Of a stretch of 64,000 nucleotides of DNA, positions 44,963-54,448 are shown one piece after another (positions within the stretch are counted from its first letter, which is position 1; each line of letters begins with the position of its first letter). The DNA comes from Candidatus Woesearchaeota archaeon. Its GTDB lineage: Archaea; Nanobdellota; Nanobdellia; SCGC-AAA011-G17; JAFCDX01. The stretch is from positions 26,459 through 90,458 of the forward strand of contig JAFCDX010000001.1 of assembly GCA_017609465.1 (NCBI GenBank), given 5' to 3'. A model generated the notes under the pieces. It did no database searches. It was not told the DNA's origin and saw only the letters and a list, made by a program, of their open reading frames with translations. The position numbers and the translations under genes are program-made.

Positions 44963-45686
44963 AATTTACAGCATAACCATAAATTAAATTCTCATCAGCA
45001 TTATCTTTTATTAAAAATATCTGTGTTTCATTCTCTATATATCTTTCAACCAAAGTGTCTTTTCCCAATGCTATTTCTGCAATACATGTTATGCATAATC
45101 TCGGATAATATCTTATTTGATTTTCTATGATTTTATTAACAACACCTCTTATTTCCCCCAAACGAATATTATATTCCAGATTGAATTGCTCTATAGTTCC
45201 TGAAATGTCTCCTTTTTCCAATCTAATAGACCAATCCACAGTAACAATTACATTATCTTCTTTTATATCTACTCTTGAGAAAACATCTGAAAATTCTGTA
45301 TTTTCATATCCGCTACATGCCAAAGGAAGATTTTCATTAATGTATTTTGAAAATTCATCATTCATTTTTGGTATTTCAGGCAATAAGTTTTCTTTGTTTT
45401 TTATTAAATAGGGAATATTTCTTCCTGCAAAAGAAACCCCTTCCTCATCAAGAACTCCCCCTTGATATGACATATAATAAATGCTATCTTCAACAAAATC
45501 GTAAACACATAATTTTATATCTTCTTTAACAGATTCCAATTGTTCAGGTACTGAAGAGACTTCTGATATCTTTAATTCCTGTTCTACTCCAGTAATAGAA
45601 CTCCTAATATAAAATAATAATATAATAGCAATTAAAAGAACAAGTCCTATTATAATGTATATAGTAATTTGTCCTCTTTTTCTCAT
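44952..45686 (-). CDS. Class III (prepilin-like) signal peptide protein, cassette copy 3
   Basis: MRKRGQITIYIIIGLVLLIAIILLFYI has the same N-terminal pattern and length class as 761..1525 and 4871..5644. Confidence 0.7.
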   Translation of the reverse strand: MRKRGQITIYIIIGLVLLIAIILLFYIRSSITGVEQELKISEVSSVPEQLESVKEDIKLCVYDFVEDSIYYMSYQGGVLDEEGVSFAGRNIPYLIKNKENLLPEIPKMNDEFSKYINENLPLACSGYENTEFSDVFSRVDIKEDNVIVTVDWSIRLEKGDISGTIEQFNLEYNIRLGEIRGVVNKIIENQIRYYPRLCITCIAEIALGKDTLVERYIENETQIFLIKDNADENLIYGYAVNYGG

Positions 45687-45688
45687 AT

Positions 45689-46915
45689 TTATTTCTTATT
45701 CTTAGATTTTTTTAAAGGTTTCTTTTTAATAGATGTTTTTCTTAATGCGTAATTAACAGGATTTTTTATCATTTTGCATAAATTGTCGGAATCACAAATC
45801 CCATATGACTTGTAATAGGATTCATTTTCACAGTTTGCAGGTAATACTTTATTAGACTGTTTTTTGTGCCATTCTATCTGTGTTCTTATATAACCCTCTT
45901 TCAATGGCTGGTAATTTTTTGAATTCCATTTTTGGATAAGATTTTCAATTTCTTCAAAATCCCAGTTAACACTCCTCAAGAAATTAATCAATAAGAATAA
46001 TGATCTTTTCCTTCCATCAGAAGGAATTCCTTTTAGTATTTTTGAAATGCATGGGGGGAAATTCTCTTCAGGCACCTTGCCGGTATATCTTTCATAAGAA
46101 CCAACATCTTTCTTTTCTTTCTTGACTTCAATAAGGCTTTGATTTTTTATTCCCCAATCATAAGATTGTATCAACAGATTTCTGGCAGAACCTTTTTCAA
46201 CATTTTTTGTATCTAAAAATCTTAAATTAACTTTAACGTTTTCTGGTTTTGCATCTTCTATTTTAAAACTTTCAACATCTTTTATAGGTATGCTTATCAA
46301 TCCTGATTTTTCATTTAAGGAATATGGAGAACGAAACATATGTCTTGAAGATATTAAAACAGAATCAATATCAACTAATGAGAATGGATCCTCTTTGTTT
46401 AATTTCTCAATTAAAAAAGGTTTTATCATATCTTTAAGATAATTTGCAACATTTCTCACTAAATCAGGAAATAATAGGTTAATATTTTCTCCTTTTAATT
46501 TATCTGGAAATGCCTCATAAGGGATTCCTATATGAAATCCTTTATTTCCAGAAAATTTTATTGAATAATCCTTGACATCATGAAATTTTAATGCATCTAT
46601 GATTAATTTTGCTGTTATTTTTGAATAATTCAAATCATCTGAATCTATATCCAATATAAGATCCCATCCTTTTCTCAATTCATCTAAATCCTTTTTTGAC
46701 ATCCCTGATTTTAGATTCAATGGATCGTGCCATCTTTCTTCAGAAACATGAAATGATGTCATCCCCTGCCTTATAAAAGAATCAATGTCACTTTGATAAT
46801 TCACGCTTTCAGGCCTCTTTCCTCTTATATCTCTAACCCATATTTGAACTTCCCTATCTTTGGAAATTCTCAAAAGTTCTTTCTTTATGTCCTCTCTAGA
46901 ATAATAATCCCTCAT
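45689..46915 (-). CDS. priS: DNA primase, fused PriS catalytic domain plus PriL-CTD-like Cys4 domain
   Basis: AEP motifs are LILDIDSDD, SGNKGFHIGIPY and SRHMFRSPYSLNEKSG. The C-terminal part has FPPCISKIL plus three further Cys (ANC, GIC, NLC). Confidence 0.75.
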   Translation of the reverse strand: MRDYYSREDIKKELLRISKDREVQIWVRDIRGKRPESVNYQSDIDSFIRQGMTSFHVSEERWHDPLNLKSGMSKKDLDELRKGWDLILDIDSDDLNYSKITAKLIIDALKFHDVKDYSIKFSGNKGFHIGIPYEAFPDKLKGENINLLFPDLVRNVANYLKDMIKPFLIEKLNKEDPFSLVDIDSVLISSRHMFRSPYSLNEKSGLISIPIKDVESFKIEDAKPENVKVNLRFLDTKNVEKGSARNLLIQSYDWGIKNQSLIEVKKEKKDVGSYERYTGKVPEENFPPCISKILKGIPSDGRKRSLFLLINFLRSVNWDFEEIENLIQKWNSKNYQPLKEGYIRTQIEWHKKQSNKVLPANCENESYYKSYGICDSDNLCKMIKNPVNYALRKTSIKKKPLKKSKNKK

Positions 46916-46967
46916 TTTATGATAGAAGATTAGATTATTTATATTTGTTTATATTTTACAGATATTA

Positions 46968-47366
46968 TTACTGTAATGAGTGTAATTGATTATGGAGTTG
47001 GAAATGGGTCTTTTCATCTTCTTCTAAAATATTTGTCAATTCCTGTATCTGCTCTTTGATTATTGTTATAGTATCCTGCACTGATTTTTGAACAACGATA
47101 TTGGATCCCACATTCACAAGCAAATTATTATCTTTTAAGGTTCCTTTACCATAAACCCCCAGACCCAGTGTAAACATCATTTCAGAATCTTTTTTGGATT
47201 TCTTAAAATTTTCTAAATTAGAAACGAGATCATTTAGTTGTTGGATTTGTTGGTTTATTGCATTAATTCTCTGATGATATTGCTGAATTTGTTGATTCAG
47301 TAATTGCATCTGAAACTGCTTTTGTTGTTCATTATTATTTTTTTGGTTTTGTTGTTTTTTTGTCAT
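46968..47366 (-). CDS. pfdA: Prefoldin alpha subunit with Q-rich N-terminus
   Basis: Coiled coils flank a double beta-hairpin region (FTLGLGVYGKGTLKDNNLLVNVGSNIVVQKS). Confidence 0.7.
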   Translation of the reverse strand: MTKKQQNQKNNNEQQKQFQMQLLNQQIQQYHQRINAINQQIQQLNDLVSNLENFKKSKKDSEMMFTLGLGVYGKGTLKDNNLLVNVGSNIVVQKSVQDTITIIKEQIQELTNILEEDEKTHFQLHNQLHSLQ

Positions 47367-47727
47367 TTTTTCTTGTGGACTTTTTAGAAGTTTTTTTCTG
47401 TGTTGATTTTTCTTCCTTTTTATTCACACCTGATTTTTTTGTTTTTCTTTTTTTGACAGGTTTTTCTAATTTTTTCTTTTCTTTTTTCTTTTTATCTTTC
47501 ACTTCCAGCTTTTCTTTTTTCATTGCTGATTTTACTTCAGAAGTGGTTGCTCCTTTTTTTATCTTTAAAACTATATCTAAAGGCTCCAAATGTTTTGGGT
47601 TGCATGCTCTTCTTTTAACATTTCCATCTATGATTAAGAAATTATTTTTCTTATCAACTATTACACATGTTTTTCCTGCTTCTCTTCCGGATATTTTCAT
47701 GCAAACTCTTCCTATATCAAATAACAT
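47335..47727 (-). CDS. rpl14e: Ribosomal protein L14e with K-rich C-terminal extension
   Basis: KOW-like MLFDIGRVCMKISGREAGKTCVIVD, followed by a lysine-rich tail. Confidence 0.85.
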   Translation of the reverse strand: MLFDIGRVCMKISGREAGKTCVIVDKKNNFLIIDGNVKRRACNPKHLEPLDIVLKIKKGATTSEVKSAMKKEKLEVKDKKKKEKKKLEKPVKKRKTKKSGVNKKEEKSTQKKTSKKSTRKNDKKTTKPKK

Positions 47728-47728
47728 T

Positions 47729-47992
47729 TTAACTCCTTATCCTTTTCTTTAATTCTTTTTTAGTACATTCGGGACATAAAACACCACCAAATTTTCTTGT
47801 TGGCCTTTTCTTTGTTTTTGCAGTAGTTCTCATTTTATAAGGTCTTTCTCTTATAGTCCCCCCTAAGTGCTTTCCACAATTTCCGCATTTTTGTTTAGAA
47901 TGTTTCCTTTTCTTAAAGACCATTTTTACTTTTTTTGGTCCTTTAATGAATACTCTTCTTAACTTCCTTGATATTATGTGTTTTTGTGTCAT
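47729..47992 (-). CDS. rpl34e: Ribosomal protein L34e
   Basis: KCGNCGKHLGG...GGVLCPEC Zn-ribbon pattern, 87 aa. Confidence 0.85.
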   Translation of the reverse strand: MTQKHIISRKLRRVFIKGPKKVKMVFKKRKHSKQKCGNCGKHLGGTIRERPYKMRTTAKTKKRPTRKFGGVLCPECTKKELKKRIRS

Positions 47993-48036
47993 TTTAGATA
48001 AATTTGATGAGATAAGATTTAAAAATCTTTTGATAT

Positions 48037-48840
48037 CTAATGAACTTTCATTAACTTCCTCAATAATGTATTAAATATAATTGCGGATATTAAATAAATC
48101 CAGAACCACCTTAATCCAAATATCTCAAGTTCTCTATTGTTTATTTTTATTTCTTTTATATCTGAATCTGAAACTCTTTTTGAGGGTTCTTCATACTCAT
48201 TCTCCGAGGTTATCAATAATTCTTTTGTATATTCCTCTCCTTCATACTCATAAGTAAGGACATATCCCCCTGCTTTTCCTTTCAGAGTCCAGTTGGCTTC
48301 ATAAATATCTTTGTCAGATATAAGACCTTCTTTTTTATAATGTTTAACTTCTTGAATCCTATTTGACAATAATTCGATATTCTCTGGAACTATCAACTCA
48401 ATTTCTTTGTCTACTGCTTCTTGGAAATAAACTGACGTAGAAAATTCCTCATTAGGCATTATAGGATAAAAACTCAAATGAGAATAAAACCATGCAAATA
48501 TTATCAATATAGGAATCATTGTTATGAACATGGGTTTCATTGTTTGCTTGAATTGCATCATACTTTTTTCCATAGACTTTTTCTGTAATTCTGAAACTTT
48601 TTCAGTATCATGCTTGAATTCTTTCATTTGATTTCTTATTTCTTTCATTTCCTGTTTTATAGATTTCAGGACTTCCTGATCTGTCATTTTTTTATAAATT
48701 AATGTAGAAATCAAAGTTATTATGAAAGTTATAATTAAAATACTTAAAAAAGGATCTAAACTTAGTAAAGGCTTGAATATAGGATTTAATATTGGATTAA
48801 ATATACTTGCGAAAAAATCTATTAAAAAATTTGATGCCAT
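48037..48840 (-). CDS. DUF106/EMC3-type (Oxa1 superfamily) membrane protein with a ~110-aa insertion
   Basis: Sits in the conserved position after secY. It has TM1, a coiled coil (KSIKQEMKEIRNQMKEFK) and TM2, then an extra soluble segment before the last TM. Confidence 0.7.
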   Translation of the reverse strand: MASNFLIDFFASIFNPILNPIFKPLLSLDPFLSILIITFIITLISTLIYKKMTDQEVLKSIKQEMKEIRNQMKEFKHDTEKVSELQKKSMEKSMMQFKQTMKPMFITMIPILIIFAWFYSHLSFYPIMPNEEFSTSVYFQEAVDKEIELIVPENIELLSNRIQEVKHYKKEGLISDKDIYEANWTLKGKAGGYVLTYEYEGEEYTKELLITSENEYEEPSKRVSDSDIKEIKINNRELEIFGLRWFWIYLISAIIFNTLLRKLMKVH

Positions 48841-48841
48841 T

Positions 48842-50248
48842 TTAACTTGATATCATTTTTCTTAATGCAGGATACATGTCCATCATATGCTGCTTTGCAA
48901 TTTCCTCATACAATCTGTAAATTATCATAACAGCCAATAATATACCTGTTCCTCTTCCCAGCGCCCCAGATAGATCTGCTGAAGCTGCAAGTATGCCTAT
49001 AGCAATACCTCCCATTACTGTTAAAGGCATAATGTATCTTTTTAATAAAGTCTCCAATACTCTCGGGTCTCTCCTAAAACCAGGAACTTGTAATCCTGAA
49101 TTCATTATCTGTTTTGCGACGGATGATGCATCTTGTCCTGAAGTTTGCATCCAAAATATAGCAAATATTACAGAACCAACAATCAAAAATAATGCATAAA
49201 CAATTCCATGTGAAATGTCTGATAGTGATAAAGCTCCTTTAACCAAATTACCTAATAAATTTGGAGCAGACAAATAAGCAACAACACCTGAAGTTGGTGT
49301 GCTTCCTGTAAAAGTACCCAAAAATGGATATCCTAGATTCTCTAAAAATTTAGCTAATAATTGTATATTTGCCATTAAAGCAGCTATTAATATAACAGGG
49401 ATGTTACTTGTATATAAAAAGTTTAAAGGCCATCTCATACCATGACCTCTTATTCTTCCAAAGCTCAAAGGTATTTCAATTTTAATAGCTTGGAAATATG
49501 TTGCAAGGAAAAATACAACAACTGTGGCAATTATTGCTGATGCTGCTATCAATGCTCCCTGTGGGTCTCCTGCTGTTAATGAAAGCAAGAATACCCATAC
49601 TTGACCTACAGGTGATTGTCCTGATCCAAATGCCCATGTTCCTGCTGTTGTCAATGGAGAAAATGCTCTCACAAACAATCCTGCTGAAACATTTGCAGCA
49701 ATGAATAAACTAATACCAGAACCAAAACCCCATTTTTGTATAACTTCATCCATATAAAGAACTATTAGACCCCCCAATATTAATTGGCCTATCAAAACCC
49801 ATTGCATTAAAATATATGTTGACTGATCTAAGGTTTCCAAAGGAGCCAAACCTCCCATCACAACATATATAATACCTTCAAAAACTATGAAAAATATTGA
49901 TAATAACTTTTGAACTCCTTGGAATCTCATTCTTCCATCTTTTGTTAAAGTGTCAAATTTCCATATTCCAGAACCATTTAATAATTGCAACACAATAGAC
50001 GCTGTAACAATAGGTCCAATACCCAGAGACATTATGGAACCAAAACTAGCCCCAAGAATAATAGATAATTGATCAAAGGCCCCTAATGAATTTTGACCTA
50101 AACCATAAAGAGGTATTGTTGATAAAATAAAAAATGAGACTAATATTATTAATGTCCATTTTAATTTTTCCTTGAAACCAAGTTTTTTTTGTAGAGGTCC
50201 AGTTATCTCAGGCAATGCGCTTAATAATTTATTCACAATATCACTCAT
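48842..50248 (-). CDS. secY: Preprotein translocase subunit SecY
   Basis: 468 aa with 10 TM helices. It sits after L15. Confidence 0.95.
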   Translation of the reverse strand: MSDIVNKLLSALPEITGPLQKKLGFKEKLKWTLIILVSFFILSTIPLYGLGQNSLGAFDQLSIILGASFGSIMSLGIGPIVTASIVLQLLNGSGIWKFDTLTKDGRMRFQGVQKLLSIFFIVFEGIIYVVMGGLAPLETLDQSTYILMQWVLIGQLILGGLIVLYMDEVIQKWGFGSGISLFIAANVSAGLFVRAFSPLTTAGTWAFGSGQSPVGQVWVFLLSLTAGDPQGALIAASAIIATVVVFFLATYFQAIKIEIPLSFGRIRGHGMRWPLNFLYTSNIPVILIAALMANIQLLAKFLENLGYPFLGTFTGSTPTSGVVAYLSAPNLLGNLVKGALSLSDISHGIVYALFLIVGSVIFAIFWMQTSGQDASSVAKQIMNSGLQVPGFRRDPRVLETLLKRYIMPLTVMGGIAIGILAASADLSGALGRGTGILLAVMIIYRLYEEIAKQHMMDMYPALRKMISS

Positions 50249-50666
50249 TTAATACTTCCCCTCCACCAGCCTCTATTTTTTCTTTTGCCTTTTCTGAGCA
50301 TGGACCCATTATCTTAAATTTATGTTCAACTTTTCCCATGCTTAATAACTTTGAATATCCCTTTTTCTTTACATCAAAAACATAATGATCTTTTTCTTTT
50401 GTGGTTAGTTTATCTATATTATTTTCAAGATCTGCGATATTTAATGTTATTATCTTGTTTTTCCTGCTATGAAAACCTTTTTTTCCAAAATATTTATTTC
50501 CTGCATACTTCAAGATCTTTGATTTCTTTTGGTCAGCTCTTTTTCCTGAACCGGCCATTCCCCTTCCACCTCTATTACCTGCTCCACGATGTTTTTTCAT
50601 AGAGCCGTATCCGTGAGTTGTATGTGCTCTTTGCCTTGTATTTTTCTTTCTTTTATTGACTGTCAT
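50241..50666 (-). CDS. rpl15: Ribosomal protein uL15
   Basis: RAHTTHGYGSMKKHRGAGNRGGRGMAGSGKR, and operon position. Confidence 0.9.
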   Translation of the reverse strand: MTVNKRKKNTRQRAHTTHGYGSMKKHRGAGNRGGRGMAGSGKRADQKKSKILKYAGNKYFGKKGFHSRKNKIITLNIADLENNIDKLTTKEKDHYVFDVKKKGYSKLLSMGKVEHKFKIMGPCSEKAKEKIEAGGGEVLNE

Positions 50667-50667
50667 T

Positions 50668-51138
50668 TTAAATCATTCTTTTTATTAAATCATTTATTTT
50701 TTCCTTTCTATAACCTAAAACTCCCCCTAAACTAAAAGGTTTTTTAATTCCTCCCTTTTCAAATCCTTTTACAGGTGGCTTTAATCTAAAATAAGGTTTT
50801 AATCCAGGAATATCTTTTATATTCTTTTTAAGATTAATAAAATCCTCTGCAAAAGTGTTGATATCTGTTTTTAATTTTTCTTTCAAATATTCCTCTGTTA
50901 AGAGTTTTTTACCTGGAAGTTTACCTCTGTTTTTTAATAATTCAACAAAAGTCTCTTTGTCTAATTCTCCCCAAGTTACATAATCCTTAACAATTTTAAG
51001 CATTCCAACAGCTGCATTGTTTTTTGATGATATTATTGAACAAGAATTCTTTTTATGCAAATTAAGCATCTTCAAAGTATCCTTTACCTTTTTCTTCACT
51101 CTTAGAGTTCCCCTGATTTGAACTATTGCTATTCTCAT
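50668..51138 (-). CDS. rpl30: Ribosomal protein uL30
   Basis: IAIVQIRGTLRVKKKVKDTLKMLNL, and operon position. Confidence 0.9.
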   Translation of the reverse strand: MRIAIVQIRGTLRVKKKVKDTLKMLNLHKKNSCSIISSKNNAAVGMLKIVKDYVTWGELDKETFVELLKNRGKLPGKKLLTEEYLKEKLKTDINTFAEDFINLKKNIKDIPGLKPYFRLKPPVKGFEKGGIKKPFSLGGVLGYRKEKINDLIKRMI

Positions 51139-51980
51139 TTTCTTTTAAACCTTGACAAGTTATTCAATGCATCAAAGCACGCCTTTACAACATTTATTTT
51201 TGTTTTTGTTTGTCCGTAAGTTTTTGAATATACATCAGTTATCCCAAGCACATCTAAAATCTTTTTTACTTCACTTTCAGTCAAGATACCTGTTCCTTTT
51301 GGGGCAGGATATAATTCTACTTTTACAGAAGAGGATTTCCCTGAAGTTTTGTAAGGTATTGAATGCTCTTCTCCACACCCACAATCCCAGCTTCCACAAC
51401 CTCTTGGTATTTTTATAATATTCAATTTAGCATTTCTTATTGCTTTTTCTCTTGCAGGAACAGTCTCTTTTGCTTTCGCAAACCCTATTCCAACATAACC
51501 ATTTTTATTACCCACAACAGCAAAGGTTGCAAATTTTATCCTGTTGCCTTCTTTTGTTTTTTTCTGGGTCTGTCTCCAAATATTTCTTTTCCCTCCTCCA
51601 AATTTACCCTTTGCCTGTCCAATATTCAATAATACAACTTCTAGATTTGGTAATAATTTATCAACTATTTGGGGTTCCATGATTCTGTCTGGAGATTTTA
51701 ATATTTGGTCTATGTCTGTTATTTCTCCGGAGTTTACCTTTTTTCCTAATACTGTCTTTGGGATCCATTCCAATTCAACACCTTTTATACCACTTTCACT
51801 CTCTTTTTCTTCCTCTTTATTTTCTTTCTCTACATCTTCTTCATATACTTCTTCTTTAACTTCTCCAGCACTCTTTATTTGTTTCTCCTCTATTTCAAGA
51901 GATTCTTGCTGAGCTTCTTCCTTCGCTTCATCCTCTCCCGGATGCTTTTCCACTTTCCTACTTCTTCTTATTTCTGGCAT
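51135..51980 (-). CDS. rps5: Ribosomal protein uS5 with ~65-aa acidic N-terminal extension
   Basis: The core is FATFAVVGNKNGYVGIGFAKAKETVPAREKAI. The N-terminus is E/K-rich. Confidence 0.9.
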   Translation of the reverse strand: MPEIRRSRKVEKHPGEDEAKEEAQQESLEIEEKQIKSAGEVKEEVYEEDVEKENKEEEKESESGIKGVELEWIPKTVLGKKVNSGEITDIDQILKSPDRIMEPQIVDKLLPNLEVVLLNIGQAKGKFGGGKRNIWRQTQKKTKEGNRIKFATFAVVGNKNGYVGIGFAKAKETVPAREKAIRNAKLNIIKIPRGCGSWDCGCGEEHSIPYKTSGKSSSVKVELYPAPKGTGILTESEVKKILDVLGITDVYSKTYGQTKTKINVVKACFDALNNLSRFKRK

Positions 51981-51981
51981 T

Positions 51982-52479
51982 TTACTCCTTAATTATTTTA
52001 TTTTTTATTTCCTGAAAATTTTCAGGTAAATATTTTTTATTATATAATTTTATATTTTCTCCTTGCAACATTTGCTTGTTTGGAATTACTTTTTCTGAAT
52101 GAGGTACATCAACACCCGCATCCAAGACCCCTTTTAATGCTGAATATAATCTATTGCTTTTTCTTTGTAAGCCTAAGTCAAGTATTGCTTCTTTTATGTT
52201 TTTTGATTTTGCTTTTTTCCCAGCCAACAAACCAGTTAAATAGCTTGAAGGAATATTTCCTCTGTTGTTTTTATATCCTAATTTCACAAGCTCCTTGCTG
52301 TTAGCCCCGATTATTACATAATCCCCTTTAGGGTTAAAGCTTACGAATTGCACAGTAATGCCTGTGTTGGATTTTCTTATTACCAATCTTGTCTTTCTTG
52401 ACGAAAGTAATTTAAGCCTGTTCTTATACGAAGTTTTTCCCTTTCTCTTATATTTTACTGTATAATTTTTATTTGTCAT
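51982..52479 (-). CDS. rpl18: Ribosomal protein uL18
   Basis: RLVIRKSNTGITVQFV...YLTGLLAGKKA, and operon position. Confidence 0.9.
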   Translation of the reverse strand: MTNKNYTVKYKRKGKTSYKNRLKLLSSRKTRLVIRKSNTGITVQFVSFNPKGDYVIIGANSKELVKLGYKNNRGNIPSSYLTGLLAGKKAKSKNIKEAILDLGLQRKSNRLYSALKGVLDAGVDVPHSEKVIPNKQMLQGENIKLYNKKYLPENFQEIKNKIIKE

Positions 52480-52930
52480 ATTTCTCCTCTAATAAATTAT
52501 TATCTTTAATGAAAATGTCAAGATGTCTCTTACTTCTGAAGAATCCTCCTTTTGCTTTTCTTCTTAACATATTGTAATTTGATGTTGATAATTGCCCCTC
52601 ATCCTTTAATTTTCTAAGCATTTTTCTTTGCAATCTTATTTTTGAAACCCAAATATCCTTTCTAGGCAATCTTGAAGTTGCCTTTCCCTTTCTTGAACCT
52701 TTTCCTTTTCTCCTGTCCTTTCTCTTTTGTTCAAGTATTTTTCTGGCATTGTATCTCGAATGTCCTTTCTTCTGCTTTTTTGATACTGCTTTTTCCCCTA
52801 TAAGCCTTCTTACATCCCCTTTTGTTATAGCTTCCTTTATGTCTGCCTGTCTGGAAGAATCAAATTTTATTCTTTTCTTTCCAGCACCAAGAATTTTTGA
52901 TGCCAACCTTTTTTGTAATTTTAGTTTCAT
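52469..52930 (-). CDS. rpl19e: Ribosomal protein L19e
   Basis: MKLKLQKRLASKILGAGKKRIKFD...KKGHSR. Confidence 0.9.
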   Translation of the reverse strand: MKLKLQKRLASKILGAGKKRIKFDSSRQADIKEAITKGDVRRLIGEKAVSKKQKKGHSRYNARKILEQKRKDRRKGKGSRKGKATSRLPRKDIWVSKIRLQRKMLRKLKDEGQLSTSNYNMLRRKAKGGFFRSKRHLDIFIKDNNLLEEKYDK

Positions 52931-52931
52931 C

Positions 52932-53498
52932 TTACTTAGGGGCTTTCTTTTTCATGTCCTCCTTTATCTTTTCTGCAAATTCTTGTGCTTTTTTTTGCTT
53001 TTCTTCTTTTTCTGATTTTTTCTTTTCCTTTGACTTTTCCTCAAGAGATTTCTTTTTCTCTTTTCTTTTCTCTGATTTTTTCTTTTTCTCCTCTTTTTTG
53101 AATTGAATTAATTTATTTTTTTCTTCAATGAATTTATCGACATCTTTGATATTATCAACAATAAAACCTTTTTCCTTGATTTTTGTTAAAATATCTAATT
53201 TTTTCCTTAATCCCAAATTTTTTCCTATCGTTATTGAATTCTTACTCTTGTCTATTTTTTCCAATTCGTTTGCATTTAAAATAACAACAGGTATAAGATC
53301 ATTCTTGCCTTTTCCTCTTAATTTTTTTGGACTTCCATAACCAATGGCAGGTTTTTTCTGATGACCTTTCTTGTTCAGTCTTAACTTATTGTGTATCCCT
53401 CTTGGCTTTCTCCAAGACTTAAACTGCTTCTTCCTATTAGAATCCCCTCTAATAAAATTGGGTTTTTTCTTGTCATTATTTATTTTATTTTCTTTCAT
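52932..53498 (-). CDS. rpl32e: Ribosomal protein L32e with K/E-rich C-terminal extension
   Basis: WRKPRGIHNKLRLNKKGHQKKPAIGYGSP, followed by a KE tail. Confidence 0.9.
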   Translation of the reverse strand: MKENKINNDKKKPNFIRGDSNRKKQFKSWRKPRGIHNKLRLNKKGHQKKPAIGYGSPKKLRGKGKNDLIPVVILNANELEKIDKSKNSITIGKNLGLRKKLDILTKIKEKGFIVDNIKDVDKFIEEKNKLIQFKKEEKKKKSEKRKEKKKSLEEKSKEKKKSEKEEKQKKAQEFAEKIKEDMKKKAPK

Positions 53499-54064
53499 TT
53501 TATCAAAGTTGGCTTCTTAGTCATCCATATCCCATCTTGGAATATACGCTTGTCCCTATTTTTTATTTTTGTTGAACGCTCTATATTTGCTGCAGTCTGT
53601 CCAACACTCTCCTTATTTATTCCAGTAATCTTGATTATATCCCCATTAATTTCAACTTTAACATCAGGATACAAATCTGCCTTTCTTGGTATTTTTTCCC
53701 CTAGAAAATTCTTTACAACCAAGGTATTATTTTCATTACTTACAGACATAGGGAAGTGACCTGAACATATCTTCAACTCTGCTTCATAATTATGGACAAC
53801 CCCCTCAATCATATTATTTATATGAGAAGCGATTGTCTTTAAAATAGATTTATCTTTTTTTGTATGTTTTTTCGAAGAAACATAAATTACAACAGAATTG
53901 TCCTTTTTTTCCAATTTAACTCTTGGATTAAGGAAATTTCTTTGCATCTCCCCATTAGGCCCGGATATTTTTAAATTATAATTATCTATTTCGCAGCTTA
54001 CTCCCTCAGGCAATTCCAATACTATTTCCCTTATTTTTAATCTTTCCTTCATTTTTAATAACAA
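53495..54064 (-). CDS. rpl6: Ribosomal protein uL6
   Basis: Two-domain L6 pattern and operon position. The start may be the M at 54052. Confidence 0.9.
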   Translation of the reverse strand: MLLKMKERLKIREIVLELPEGVSCEIDNYNLKISGPNGEMQRNFLNPRVKLEKKDNSVVIYVSSKKHTKKDKSILKTIASHINNMIEGVVHNYEAELKICSGHFPMSVSNENNTLVVKNFLGEKIPRKADLYPDVKVEINGDIIKITGINKESVGQTAANIERSTKIKNRDKRIFQDGIWMTKKPTLIK

Positions 54065-54447
54065 TATGCAATTAATCTTCCCCCTATACCCTTTTCTATT
54101 GCCTCCTTATGAGTCATTAATCCTTGTGAGGTTGAAACAATTATTAATCCTACATTTTTGGAAGGCAAAAATCTCTTTTCAAATTTTTCATAATCATTGA
54201 GTTTTACAGAAAATCTTGGTTTTATAACTCCACATTTGTTAATATTGCCCAAGAGATTAATTTCAATATGACCTTTCTTATTTTCCTTTACTATATTAAA
54301 TTCCCCTATATAATTATTATCGTGAAGTATTTTCAATATATTATTGGCAATATTGCTTATTGGTTTAACTATGCATTTGCTTTTTCCTACTTTCTCACAA
54401 TTATTTATTGTGGATATTATATTTGATAAAGGGTCATTCAATGTCAT
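54055..54447 (-). CDS. rps8: Ribosomal protein uS8
   Basis: DPLSNIISTINNCEKVGK...GGRLIAYCY. Confidence 0.9.
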   Translation of the reverse strand: MTLNDPLSNIISTINNCEKVGKSKCIVKPISNIANNILKILHDNNYIGEFNIVKENKKGHIEINLLGNINKCGVIKPRFSVKLNDYEKFEKRFLPSKNVGLIIVSTSQGLMTHKEAIEKGIGGRLIAYCY

Positions 54448-54448
54448 T

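Noticed and set aside
47360-47752. 130-aa plus-strand ORF; also 56180-56680, 60187-60618 and 62682-63194
   Set aside because: All are antisense shadows of recognisable genes (L14e, uL14/uL24, uL4 and the P-loop NTPase). Their translations are F/S/L-rich with no motifs.
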